Positions 46,643 through 55,269 of a stretch of 64,000 bases of DNA are shown in pieces (within the stretch, counting starts at the first letter, position 1; each line of letters opens with the position of its first letter). The notes below the pieces were generated by a model. That model saw only the letters and a list, made by a program, of their open reading frames with translations, was not told the origin of the DNA and did no database searches. Source of the DNA: Xanthobacteraceae bacterium (GTDB lineage: Bacteria > Pseudomonadota > Alphaproteobacteria > Rhizobiales > Xanthobacteraceae); assembly GCA_036513175.1 (NCBI GenBank), contig DATBZM010000388.1, forward strand, positions 2,069 to 66,068. Reading direction: 5' to 3'. A program made the position numbers and the translations under genes.

Positions 46643-48229
46643 TCAGATGTCCTTCCGTTCCGTGTTGAGCACATTGATGCCGCGGAACCGCGCCGGCACC
46701 GCCCCATGCGATACGGGCGCGAGCTGTGCGGGCTGCCCCTTGCCGCATGAATAGGTGCCGCCGAGGTGATAAGTGGATTTGTCGCCGAGCCCGTCCATCG
46801 CGTTCCAGAAATCGGGCGTGCGGCCCTGGTAGGCGACGTCGCGCAGCATGTCGCCGCGCTTGCCGTTCTTGATCTCGTAGAAAAGCTGGCCGCCGAACTG
46901 GAAATTGTACCTTTGCTGGTCGATGCTCCAGCTCCCATCGCCGACCACATAGATGCCGTTGTCGACGCCGGCGAAAAGATCGTCGAGCGAGGTCGGCTTC
47001 GGGTTCGGCTGCAGCGAGACGTTCGGCATGCGCTGGATCGGGAAGGAGGCGGGGCTCGCGCCATAGGCGCAGCCGTTCGAGCGCTCGCGGCCGATCATTG
47101 CCGCCTGGCCGATCGCCATCTGGTAGTTCTCGAAGATGCCGTCGCGGATGATGGCAAATTCCGCGCCGGCGGTGCGCACACCGTCATCGTCGTAGCCGAC
47201 CGTCGCTAGGCCGCCGAGCTCTGTGCGATCCGCCATCACGTTCATCAGCGGACTGCCGACCTGCAGCTTGCCGAGCTTGTCCGGGGTGATGAAGGATGTT
47301 CCGGCAAAATTCGCCTCCCAGCCGAGCGCGCGGTCGAGCTCGGTCGTGTGTCCGATCGACTCGTGGATCGTCAGCCACAGGTTGGTCGGGTCGATGACGA
47401 GATCGTAACGGCCCGGAGCGACCGGCTTCGCCGTGAGCTTCTGCCGTGCCTGCTCGGCGGCGAGCGCGGCTTCGGCGACGAAGTCATATGCCTCGACGTA
47501 GTCCCAGCCCGAGCCGCGCGGCGCCGCGAGGCTCGCACGGCTCGCGAAGCGGCCGCGCTCGCGATCGACGGCGGTCACCTCGAAGGATGGAAAGCCGCGC
47601 ACGCGGGTCTGCGTGATGCGGCTGCCACGGCTGCTCGCAAAGAGCTTCTCCTCGCGCACGAAATTCATCTCGGCAACGCAGAAATTCGCGCCGGCATCGA
47701 GCGCCGCCGCGTTGATCGCGAGCAGCTTCTCGGCCTTCGCATGCGCCGGGACCGTGAACGGATCGGTCTTCATCGGCATACGCCAGTCGTCCTGGTAGGC
47801 GGCGACCGATTCGAGCACGATCGGCCTCGCCTGGATCAGCCGGCTCGCCTTCGCGTTCTCCACTGCGAGCGCCACCGCGCGCGTGATCGCGTCGGGCTCG
47901 GGGAGCTCGCCGCCCGCAAAGCCCCAGCTGCCCTCGATGAGGACGCGCACGCCGAAGCCGACCGAGAGGGACGAGTCGTATTGATCGAGACGCTGCTCGC
48001 GCGCCTGGCTGAACTCCTCCTCGGCGCGGCCGATGCGAAAATCCGCGTAGCTTGCGCCCGCGCGCTTGGCGAGATCGAGCGCCATGTCGGCGAGCCGCAG
48101 CCGGCCGGCATCGTCGAGCTTGTCGTAGGCCTCGGCGGCAGCCGCCGCGGAGACGCCAAAGAGCAGATGATCGGCGCCGGAGGCGCAGGCCGCGCAACCC
48201 GCATGCTTGAGGAAGCGACGGCGATCCAT
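46643..48229 (-). CDS. TldD-like metallopeptidase with twin-arginine signal
   Basis: ATG at 48229 (MDRRRFLKHAGCAACASGADHLLFGVSAAAAAEA) within ORF 46643..48325. HESIGHTTE zinc motif (HExxxH). Confidence 0.8.
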   Translation of the reverse strand: MDRRRFLKHAGCAACASGADHLLFGVSAAAAAEAYDKLDDAGRLRLADMALDLAKRAGASYADFRIGRAEEEFSQAREQRLDQYDSSLSVGFGVRVLIEGSWGFAGGELPEPDAITRAVALAVENAKASRLIQARPIVLESVAAYQDDWRMPMKTDPFTVPAHAKAEKLLAINAAALDAGANFCVAEMNFVREEKLFASSRGSRITQTRVRGFPSFEVTAVDRERGRFASRASLAAPRGSGWDYVEAYDFVAEAALAAEQARQKLTAKPVAPGRYDLVIDPTNLWLTIHESIGHTTELDRALGWEANFAGTSFITPDKLGKLQVGSPLMNVMADRTELGGLATVGYDDDGVRTAGAEFAIIRDGIFENYQMAIGQAAMIGRERSNGCAYGASPASFPIQRMPNVSLQPNPKPTSLDDLFAGVDNGIYVVGDGSWSIDQQRYNFQFGGQLFYEIKNGKRGDMLRDVAYQGRTPDFWNAMDGLGDKSTYHLGGTYSCGKGQPAQLAPVSHGAVPARFRGINVLNTERKDI

Positions 48230-48345
48230 CTCACGGTCTCCCGCACAGGGGCACGCGCGAGCAGCCGACATGGAAAGCCGCGCCCGCGAACAGCGCTGCA
48301 ACCGCCAGTGCGAGCTGGCCCGCAATCATCGGCACCTCCGCAGCT

Positions 48346-49500
48346 CTACTTCACATTCGCCACTACCCATTCGTCGATCAGGTGAGCGATGTCGAGATTG
48401 TTCTTCTCGATCATCACCATGTGGCCGTTGCCGCGGATGCCCTTGTCCTGCAGGCGGATGTACTCGGTCTTGACCCCCGCTTGGTTCAGATACTTCGCCG
48501 TGCAATGGTCATAGACTTGGTGATAGGACGCCTCCGCCGACATGATCACGACGGGGATGCCCTTGAGATTCACCAGCTGGCGCGCCGGCGCCTTCTGCAT
48601 CCAGCACACGAACAGATCCGGCCCGTCGGCCTTGGCCTCGCGCTCGATCGCGATCTCGCCCGGGTCCTTCACGGGCGGATCGTAGGCGATCGGGATGTCG
48701 GTCGGGCCCCATGGGCGGGTGCGGCCGGTGCCGATGATGGTTGCCTCGAACGGCGGCCCGGCCGGCTCGATCGCGACGATCGCCTTGACGAGCTTCGGCC
48801 GCGCGTCGGCGATCAGCCAGCCGAAGGCGCCCGACTGCGAGTGGGTGAGCACGATTGCGGGGCCGATCTTGTCGAGCAGGGCCGCGCCGGCGTCCTGGTT
48901 GCGCTGCTCGGTCTCCTCCGCCGACAGCACCGTCTCGACCTGCGTTGCGTAGAACGCGTCGAAAATGGCATCGCCCTTGCGGCCCTTGTTCGGTCCCTCG
49001 CCCGGCCATTGCGTGTGCTTCTTCGCTTGCGGCCAGGTGCCGTCGGTCTCGATCGCGGTGAACTGGAATTGCTCGCCCTTTGCCGTGAACATCCGCGTCT
49101 TGCCGTCGTCGGGATGATAGGCCGAGCGCCCGCGCATCGGCTGGTCGATCATGTAGACGACATAGCCCTGCTCGACGAAATACTCGGCCCAGCCCTTGCG
49201 GCCGTCCGGGGTGCCCATCCAGTTGGTCGCGGTCTGCGCCGCGCCGTGGACCAGCACCAGCGGATAGGGCCGCCGCACGTCCTTCGGCGCCAGCACCTCC
49301 ACGTAGACTTGCCCCTGCATGATCTCCTGCCCGGGCGGCCCGACGTATCTGCCGCCGACATAGAAATAACCACGCAACGCCACCGCGGATTGGTCGACCG
49401 CCGGCACGGGCAGCTTGGGCGGCTCGGCGTCTGCGGCCGTGAAGAGCAAAAGCGACAACGGCAACAGCGCAGCAACGCTGCGCGCATAAAATCGAATCAT
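48346..49500 (-). CDS. secreted alpha/beta hydrolase
   Basis: Sec signal (LLPLSLLLFTAADA) and nucleophile elbow LTHSQSGAFG; 384 aa. Confidence 0.75.
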   Translation of the reverse strand: MIRFYARSVAALLPLSLLLFTAADAEPPKLPVPAVDQSAVALRGYFYVGGRYVGPPGQEIMQGQVYVEVLAPKDVRRPYPLVLVHGAAQTATNWMGTPDGRKGWAEYFVEQGYVVYMIDQPMRGRSAYHPDDGKTRMFTAKGEQFQFTAIETDGTWPQAKKHTQWPGEGPNKGRKGDAIFDAFYATQVETVLSAEETEQRNQDAGAALLDKIGPAIVLTHSQSGAFGWLIADARPKLVKAIVAIEPAGPPFEATIIGTGRTRPWGPTDIPIAYDPPVKDPGEIAIEREAKADGPDLFVCWMQKAPARQLVNLKGIPVVIMSAEASYHQVYDHCTAKYLNQAGVKTEYIRLQDKGIRGNGHMVMIEKNNLDIAHLIDEWVVANVK

Positions 49501-49637
49501 AGTGTCCTCCCGTCACCGCGGGCCCGCGGCGCTTTCGATTGATTGTTGCAAACGTCGCGCGGCCGTTGCGACCTTGTCAATCGCCATGGCGCAACGTCCC
49601 ACGCCTGCCCCATGGGCGATGGGCGCCGCGCCAACCG

Positions 49638-50150
49638 CTAATCGCGTCCGAAATGCGCCGTGAGATAGGCCGTGATGGCGCGCTCGTCGTCCGGCGCCGA
49701 CAAGCCGAAGCGCGCGAACATGTTGGCGACCGTGCCGTTCCAATCGCTCATGGTCCGCCTGGTCGCGGTGACGCGCTCGAGATCGTGACAGAGCGTACAG
49801 CGCGTCTCGACCAGCTCCTTGCCGGGCCCGTCCGGCAACGCGATCGACTTCGGCGGCGGCAGCCGCTGTCCGGGCCCGAAATTCTTGTCGAGGTAGTCGA
49901 GCAAGGTGTCGGCGTCGTGCGGCGTAAGCGGCGCACCGCGCAGGATCATGTGGTAGACGTGCCGCTTCCAGCCCACCGGTCCGTCGCGCATCGAGATGAT
50001 CACCGTGAGCGCATGGCACTGCGTGCACACCGCGGTCATGATCTCGCGGCCGTCACCGGGCGGCAACGCGTTGGCGGGCTGCGCGTGCGCCGGCGCGCCA
50101 AGCGCCAGCGCGGCGATGAGAGCGGAGGGGACGAGGCGCCGCATCGTCAT
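49638..50150 (-). CDS. dihaem c-type cytochrome, periplasmic
   Basis: ATG at 50150 (MTMRRLVPSALIAALALGAPAHA signal) within ORF 49638..50717. Two CxxCH sites (CTQCH, CTLCH). The start overlaps the stop of the upstream ThDP enzyme gene (ATGA). Confidence 0.8.
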   Translation of the reverse strand: MTMRRLVPSALIAALALGAPAHAQPANALPPGDGREIMTAVCTQCHALTVIISMRDGPVGWKRHVYHMILRGAPLTPHDADTLLDYLDKNFGPGQRLPPPKSIALPDGPGKELVETRCTLCHDLERVTATRRTMSDWNGTVANMFARFGLSAPDDERAITAYLTAHFGRD

Positions 50151-52024
50151 ACCTTGCGCGTGCGCAGGTCGGCGAGTGAGTAGGGCGGATGCCAGGTCGA
50201 TTCGGCGCCGATGCCGTCGCGCCACGTGTGCACGTCGAGCAGATAGGGCCGCCCCTCGGCGACCGCACGCTGTCCGCGCCCGATCGCGTCCTTGAGCTTG
50301 TCCGGCTCCTTGACGACTTCGCCCTCGACCCCGAAGGCGCCGGCCGCCTTGGCGTAATCGACGTCGGGATCGCCGAGGTAGCAGGTCATGTCGCGGCCGG
50401 TGTTGAACTGGCGTCCGGCGAAATGCCAGATGCGATTGCGCTCGTTGTTGTAGCTGTGGTTGTTGAGCACGATGTTGAGCACCGGCGCCTTGTAGCGCGC
50501 CATGCTCCACAGCGGCTGCGGGCCGCTGAAGCAGAAGCTGCCGTCGCCGACCACCGACACCACCGGCTTGTCCGGCCGCGCCAGCTTGACGCCGAACGCC
50601 GCCGCCATGCCCCAGCCGAGAATGTTCGCGCTGGTCGCGAAATAGGGCTTGTCGTCGCCGCCGAACGACATCAGCGAGTCCATGGTCTTGCCGGAGTCGA
50701 CGTCGCAGACGTAGCAAGTGTCGCGCTCGAGCGCGGCTTCGAGCTCGAGCCCGAGGCGCTCGAGCGCGACCGGGGTGCGGTCCGCGTGCTCGCGCGCGAT
50801 TCTGAGGCGGAATTCGCGCATTTCATCGGTATAGGCGCGCGTGCGGGCGATGCGCTCGTCGGCGATCGCCTCGAGCCGCGCCGCCGGCGCGAGGCTCTTG
50901 ATCGCCGCGATCAGGTCGGCGGCCGCGAGCTTGAGGTCGGCGACCATGCCGAGATCGACCGGCGTCGTGCGCGCAAGTCCGGCCGGATCGTAGCGGATCG
51001 AGATCAGCGTGGTGCCGGGCGCGGCATGCTCGCCGAAGCGATTGCCGAGATTGAGCAGCACATCGGGCTTGCCCGGATAGCGCATGTTGGCGAGATGCGC
51101 GCCGACGAACAGCGGATGCCGGGTCGGGAATGGCTTCGACCAGTAGGTCAGCCCGCCGAACTGCGCCGCGACCGGCATGCCCAGCAACTCGGCGAGCTCG
51201 ATCGCTTCTTTTTCGCCATGGCACCACGTGATGTCGTCACCGACGCTCATCAGCGGGTTTTTTGCATCGATCAGCAGGCGCGCCGCCTTGTCGACATCGT
51301 CCTTGTCGGGCCGGATACGCATCGGCACGTCGAATTTCGCCTGGTCCCAGATCTGCGCCCTTGCGTCCGCGCGCAGCGTGTTGTTGGGCAGCGCCAGAAA
51401 CACCGGCCCGCCGGGCGGGGTCGACGCGAACTTGAGGCCGCGCCGCAGCGTCTCGGGGATGGACTCCGTCGTCCTCGCGGCCCAGTACCACTTGGTGATC
51501 GGCTGGGTCATCACCTCGCTGTAGTCGGGCTCTTGCGGCAGGTCGCGGCCGAGCGCCTCCTGCTCGACGGACGCGACTGCGACCAGCAGGGGCACCTGGT
51601 CCTTGAAGCTGTTGACCATCTGGGTCATCGCGTTCGGCAGCCCGACATTGGCGACGATGACGACCCCGGTCTTGCCCGAGGCGCGCGCATAGCCGTCCGC
51701 CATCGCGACCACGGCGCCCTCGTGGATGCCCTTGATCAGGTGGATGCCCGGCTCGTCCACCAGGGCGTCGAAGATCGGGTAATCGCCGGTCGACGGATTG
51801 AAAAAGATATATTCGACGCCGGCCGCCTTGAGCTGCGCGACGAACAGCGCGCCACCGCTTCCCTGCACCTGGCGCATCGCGGCGGCGGAGGGCTGCGCCG
51901 CGGGCGTCAGCGACTGCGCCACCGCCTTGCGCGCCACCGCGCCCATGCCGAGCGCGCTCAGTCCCGCCATGAGCTGGCGGCGCGACAGGCCATTGTCGAG
52001 ATACCGCTTGATGAGGTCCTTCAT
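50147..52024 (-). CDS. thiamine-diphosphate-dependent enzyme (acetolactate synthase/benzoylformate decarboxylase superfamily) with twin-arginine signal peptide
   Basis: ATG at 52024 with a GGGAGGA SD, inside the artefactual 1028-aa ORF 50147..53233. N-terminus MKDLIKRYLDNGLSRRQLMAGLSALGMGAVARKAVAQS. ThDP-Mg motif GDGSFCF...VLNN; 625 aa. Confidence 0.85.
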   Translation of the reverse strand: MKDLIKRYLDNGLSRRQLMAGLSALGMGAVARKAVAQSLTPAAQPSAAAMRQVQGSGGALFVAQLKAAGVEYIFFNPSTGDYPIFDALVDEPGIHLIKGIHEGAVVAMADGYARASGKTGVVIVANVGLPNAMTQMVNSFKDQVPLLVAVASVEQEALGRDLPQEPDYSEVMTQPITKWYWAARTTESIPETLRRGLKFASTPPGGPVFLALPNNTLRADARAQIWDQAKFDVPMRIRPDKDDVDKAARLLIDAKNPLMSVGDDITWCHGEKEAIELAELLGMPVAAQFGGLTYWSKPFPTRHPLFVGAHLANMRYPGKPDVLLNLGNRFGEHAAPGTTLISIRYDPAGLARTTPVDLGMVADLKLAAADLIAAIKSLAPAARLEAIADERIARTRAYTDEMREFRLRIAREHADRTPVALERLGLELEAALERDTCYVCDVDSGKTMDSLMSFGGDDKPYFATSANILGWGMAAAFGVKLARPDKPVVSVVGDGSFCFSGPQPLWSMARYKAPVLNIVLNNHSYNNERNRIWHFAGRQFNTGRDMTCYLGDPDVDYAKAAGAFGVEGEVVKEPDKLKDAIGRGQRAVAEGRPYLLDVHTWRDGIGAESTWHPPYSLADLRTRKV

Positions 52025-52113
52025 CGAGTCCTCCCTGCCGCGCGGGCTGTTGCCGCCGCGTCGGTGCGATCCGGGAACCCAGCAGATGCTGTCCCAATGA
52101 TTATATCCCGGCG

Positions 52114-53925
52114 TCACGCGCCGTCGATCGTCTCGCGCAGGATCTCCAGCTCCAGCCACTTGTCCTCCGCTGCCGCAAGCTCGGCTTGTGCCGCGACGAG
52201 ACTCGCTGAAATCGCGTCGAACGCCTTGCGGTCGCGCGCATAGAGATGGGGCTCTGCGAGCCGCTCTTGCGCCGTGCGAATCGTCTGCTGCAGCGCCGCG
52301 ATCTCTCCCGGCAGTGTTTCGAGCGCGTATTTTTCGTTGAAGCTCAGCTTGCGTCTGGCGCTCGATCGCGTGGGCGCTGCCGGTGTCCTTGTCGGCCTCG
52401 ACAGGGCTGGCTTGCTGGTCGCCTCGCGGGCGATGTCCTCGCCGCGCTGCGCCAGCATGTCCGTATAGCCGCCCGCATATTCGGCCCAGCGTCCGCCGCC
52501 TTCCGGCACGATGACGGCATTGACGACGCGGTCGAGGAAGTCCCTGTCGTGGCTGATCAGCAGGATCGTTCCGGGATAATCGCCGAGCATTTCTTCCAGC
52601 ACGTCGAGCGTTTCGAGATCGAGGTCGTTGGTCGGCTCGTCGAGCACCAGCAGGTTCGAGGGCTGGGCGAGCGCGCGTGCCAGCATCAGCCGGCCGCGCT
52701 CGCCGCCCGAGAGCGCGGATAGCGGCGTGCGCGCCTGCTCGGGCGAGAAGAGGAAATCCTTCATGTAGCCGATCACGTGTCGCCTCTCGCCGCCGACCGC
52801 GACCGTGTCGCCGCGTCCGCCTGTGAGTGTTTCGACAACCGTCGCATCGGGATCGAGGCTCTCGCGCCCCTGGTCGAGCGTGACCGAGGCGAGGTTGGCG
52901 CCGAGCCGCACGGTGCCGCTGTCGGGCACGAGCGCGCCGGTGAGGAGATGAATGAGCGTCGTCTTGCCGGTGCCGTTCGGACCAACGATGCCGACGCGGT
53001 CGCCGCGGGCGATGCGGGTCGTGAAGTTGGTCACGATCGCGCGCTCGCCGAAAGATTTCGCGATCTTGTCGGCCTCGATCACCAGCGCGCCCGAGGCGTC
53101 GGCCTCGGCGGCGGCGAGCGTCGCCCTGCCGGCGCTCGCTCGATAGTCGCGCCGCGCCTGGCGCAACGCCTGCAGGGCGCCGAGCCGACGCACATTGCGC
53201 TTGCGCCTTGCCGTGACGCCGTAGCGCAGCCAATGCTCCTCGTCGACGATTTTGCGGTCGAGCTTGTGCTGCGCCGTCTCCTCCTCGGCCAGCGCCTCGT
53301 CACGCCACGCCTCGAAGCTCGCAAAGCCGCGCTCGATCCGCCGGGTCGTGCCGCGGTCGAGCCATACGGTGGCGCGGGTAAGGTTCGCAAGGAAGCGCCG
53401 GTCATGGCTGATCACCACCAGCGCGGTGCGCCGCGCCGCCAGCGTGCCCTCCAGCCATTCGATGGTCGGCAGGTCGAGGTGGTTGGTGGGCTCGTCAAGG
53501 AGAAGAATATCGGGCTGCGGCGCCAGCACGCGCGCGATCGCGGCGCGACGCCCCTCGCCGCCCGAGAGTTGCGCGGGGTCTTCGTCGCCCGTAAGGCCGA
53601 GCTCGCCGAGCAGCAGGCTCGCCTGATAGCGGTCGTCGCCCGGCCCGAGGCCGCCCTCCACATAGGCGAGCACGCTGGTGGCGCCGCCGAAATCCGGCTC
53701 CTGCGGCAGGTAGCGCACGGTCGCGCCCGGCTGCACGAAGCGCGTGCCGCGATCGGGCTCGATCAGGCCGGCCGCGATCTTGAGCAAGGTCGACTTGCCC
53801 GAGCCGTTGCGTCCGACCAGGGCGACGCGCTCGCCCGCCGAAACGCTGAGCTCGACACCTTCGAGCAGCGGCGTGCCGCCGAAGGTCAGCGCGATGTCCT
53901 TGAGCTGGATGAGGGGTGGCGCCAT
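52114..53925 (-). CDS. ABC-F family ATPase (Uup-like)
   Basis: Two ABC cassettes (GRNGSGKST, GPNGTGKTT; LSGGE twice), no TM domains, C-terminal coiled coil; 603 aa. Confidence 0.9.
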   Translation of the reverse strand: MAPPLIQLKDIALTFGGTPLLEGVELSVSAGERVALVGRNGSGKSTLLKIAAGLIEPDRGTRFVQPGATVRYLPQEPDFGGATSVLAYVEGGLGPGDDRYQASLLLGELGLTGDEDPAQLSGGEGRRAAIARVLAPQPDILLLDEPTNHLDLPTIEWLEGTLAARRTALVVISHDRRFLANLTRATVWLDRGTTRRIERGFASFEAWRDEALAEEETAQHKLDRKIVDEEHWLRYGVTARRKRNVRRLGALQALRQARRDYRASAGRATLAAAEADASGALVIEADKIAKSFGERAIVTNFTTRIARGDRVGIVGPNGTGKTTLIHLLTGALVPDSGTVRLGANLASVTLDQGRESLDPDATVVETLTGGRGDTVAVGGERRHVIGYMKDFLFSPEQARTPLSALSGGERGRLMLARALAQPSNLLVLDEPTNDLDLETLDVLEEMLGDYPGTILLISHDRDFLDRVVNAVIVPEGGGRWAEYAGGYTDMLAQRGEDIAREATSKPALSRPTRTPAAPTRSSARRKLSFNEKYALETLPGEIAALQQTIRTAQERLAEPHLYARDRKAFDAISASLVAAQAELAAAEDKWLELEILRETIDGA

Positions 53926-53927
53926 GT

Positions 53928-54389
53928 TCAGGTCTGCCGCTGCAGACGGCGGATCGCCTGGTCAAGCGCGGCGAGAAAGGCCGAGCGGTCGCGCGGCGAG
54001 AACGGTTGCGGTCCGCCCGTGACCTCACCGGCCGAGCGCAGGTCGTGCATGAGGTTGCGCACCGCGAGCGTCATGCCGATCGAGTCTTCCGTGAACGGCT
54101 TGCCGGTCGGCGCGATCACCTGCGCGCCCGCCTTGACGCAGCGGCTTGCCAACGGGACGTCGGCCGTGATCACGATGTCGCTCGCCCCGGCGCGCGCTGC
54201 GATCCAGTCGTCGGCCGCATCCGGCGCCGCGCCTGCCGCGACGCGCTCGATCAGCGGATCCTGCGGCACCCGGATGAAGCCGTTGGCGACCACGCTCACG
54301 GGCAGGCGGTGGCGCGCCGCGACGCGATAGACTTCGTCCTTCACCGGGCAGGCGTCGGCGTCGACATAGATGTGGATAGGGGCCGTCAT
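53928..54389 (-). CDS. yaiI: YaiI/YqxD-family protein (UPF0178)
   Basis: [12 protein letters not shown]-terminal signature; 153 aa. Confidence 0.85.
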   Translation of the reverse strand: MTAPIHIYVDADACPVKDEVYRVAARHRLPVSVVANGFIRVPQDPLIERVAAGAAPDAADDWIAARAGASDIVITADVPLASRCVKAGAQVIAPTGKPFTEDSIGMTLAVRNLMHDLRSAGEVTGGPQPFSPRDRSAFLAALDQAIRRLQRQT

Positions 54390-54664
54390 GCGCCACGCGA
54401 TAGCGCGCCGCTGGCGTAGGGCGCAATGGCGGAGCGTATTGCGCCGCTGGCCCGGATTGACGAATACGCTTTGCTAGTCTGCCGCTGCGAGGTCAACTGT
54501 TATCGCGGTGCCGATCACCAGCAGCGCCTGGATCGCGACGATCACGACCATCGAGGGCACGTTCAGCAGCGCGCCGGAGCGCGTTCGGCCCTCCGCGCGC
54601 GCCGGTTCCAGTTGTGCGGTTATGTTAGGGTGTGTACATTGCAACAATGCGCAGTGAGGTGCCA

Positions 54665-54934
54665 ATGTCCGACAGCACGACGATCACGGTTCGCATCGAC
54701 AAGTCGGTGAAGAAACGACTTGAGGCTGCTGCGGCGCGCGTACGCCGGAGCAAGTCGTTTCTCGCCGCCGAAGCCATCGAGGAATATCTCGCGGTCCAGG
54801 ATTGGCAGGTTGAGGCGATCAAGAAGGGGATCGCGGCAGCGGACCGCGGCGAGACTGTCGCGCATGAAAAGGTCAAGGCCTGGGCCAAATCGCTCGGCAC
54901 TGGTCGGGAGTTGCCGCGCCCCAAATCCAAATGA
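54665..54934 (+). CDS. parD: type II antitoxin, ribbon-helix-helix (ParD/CopG-like)
   Basis: ATG at 54665 with a GAGG SD (MSDSTTITVRIDKSVKKRLEAAA...); stop overlaps the toxin start. Confidence 0.75.
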   Translation: MSDSTTITVRIDKSVKKRLEAAAARVRRSKSFLAAEAIEEYLAVQDWQVEAIKKGIAAADRGETVAHEKVKAWAKSLGTGRELPRPKSK

Positions 54935-55218
54935 TCATCGTTTGGACCGACCCGGCGCTCGCCGATCTCGCGGCACTTCACGGGTACATATCAAATGACA
55001 ATCCAGCGGCCGCGGCCGCGATGGTCCGACGGATTGTCGATCTGGTCGAGAATCAATTGCCGCGAATGCCGGACTCGGGCCGTCCGGGTCGTGTGCCGCA
55101 AACGCGGGAGCTTGTCATTGTGGGCTCGCCGTATTTCGTCCCTTACCGGATCCTCGGGGACCGGCTGGAAATTCTGCGTGTCATCCATGGCGCACGCCGT
55201 TGGCCCGATGTCGAGTGA
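54931..55218 (+). CDS. parE: type II toxin, RelE/ParE family
   Basis: 95 aa; MIIVWTDPALADLAALHGYI...YFVPYRILGDRLEILRVIHGARRWP, a typical ParE pattern. Confidence 0.85.
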   Translation: MIIVWTDPALADLAALHGYISNDNPAAAAAMVRRIVDLVENQLPRMPDSGRPGRVPQTRELVIVGSPYFVPYRILGDRLEILRVIHGARRWPDVE

Positions 55219-55269
55219 ATTCGCGCAATCGGGGCTCTCACGCCCGCGGCGGCCGACCGCAAGTGTGCG

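Noticed and set aside
49516-49529. A perfect 14-bp GC palindrome, CCGCGGGCCCGCGG, just upstream of the alpha/beta hydrolase SD.
   Set aside because: Short GC palindromes are frequent in this base composition, and no second copy or partner motif was seen. It is mentioned only as context in the periplasmic-cluster finding.
52025-53233. The upstream 400 residues of the 1028-aa ORF 50147..53233 (TTG start).
   Set aside because: This portion is an alternative frame of the ABC-F ATPase gene plus intergenic DNA. The ThDP enzyme has a proper SD and ATG at 52024 followed directly by a Tat signal.
54390-54664. An 11-nt direct repeat, GCGCCGCTGGC, occurring twice about 40 nt apart, and small ORFs (54426..54710, 54474..54665) in the yaiI-parD intergenic region.
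   Set aside because: The repeat is short and GC-rich, so it is plausibly chance. The ORFs have no SD, start context or motifs.
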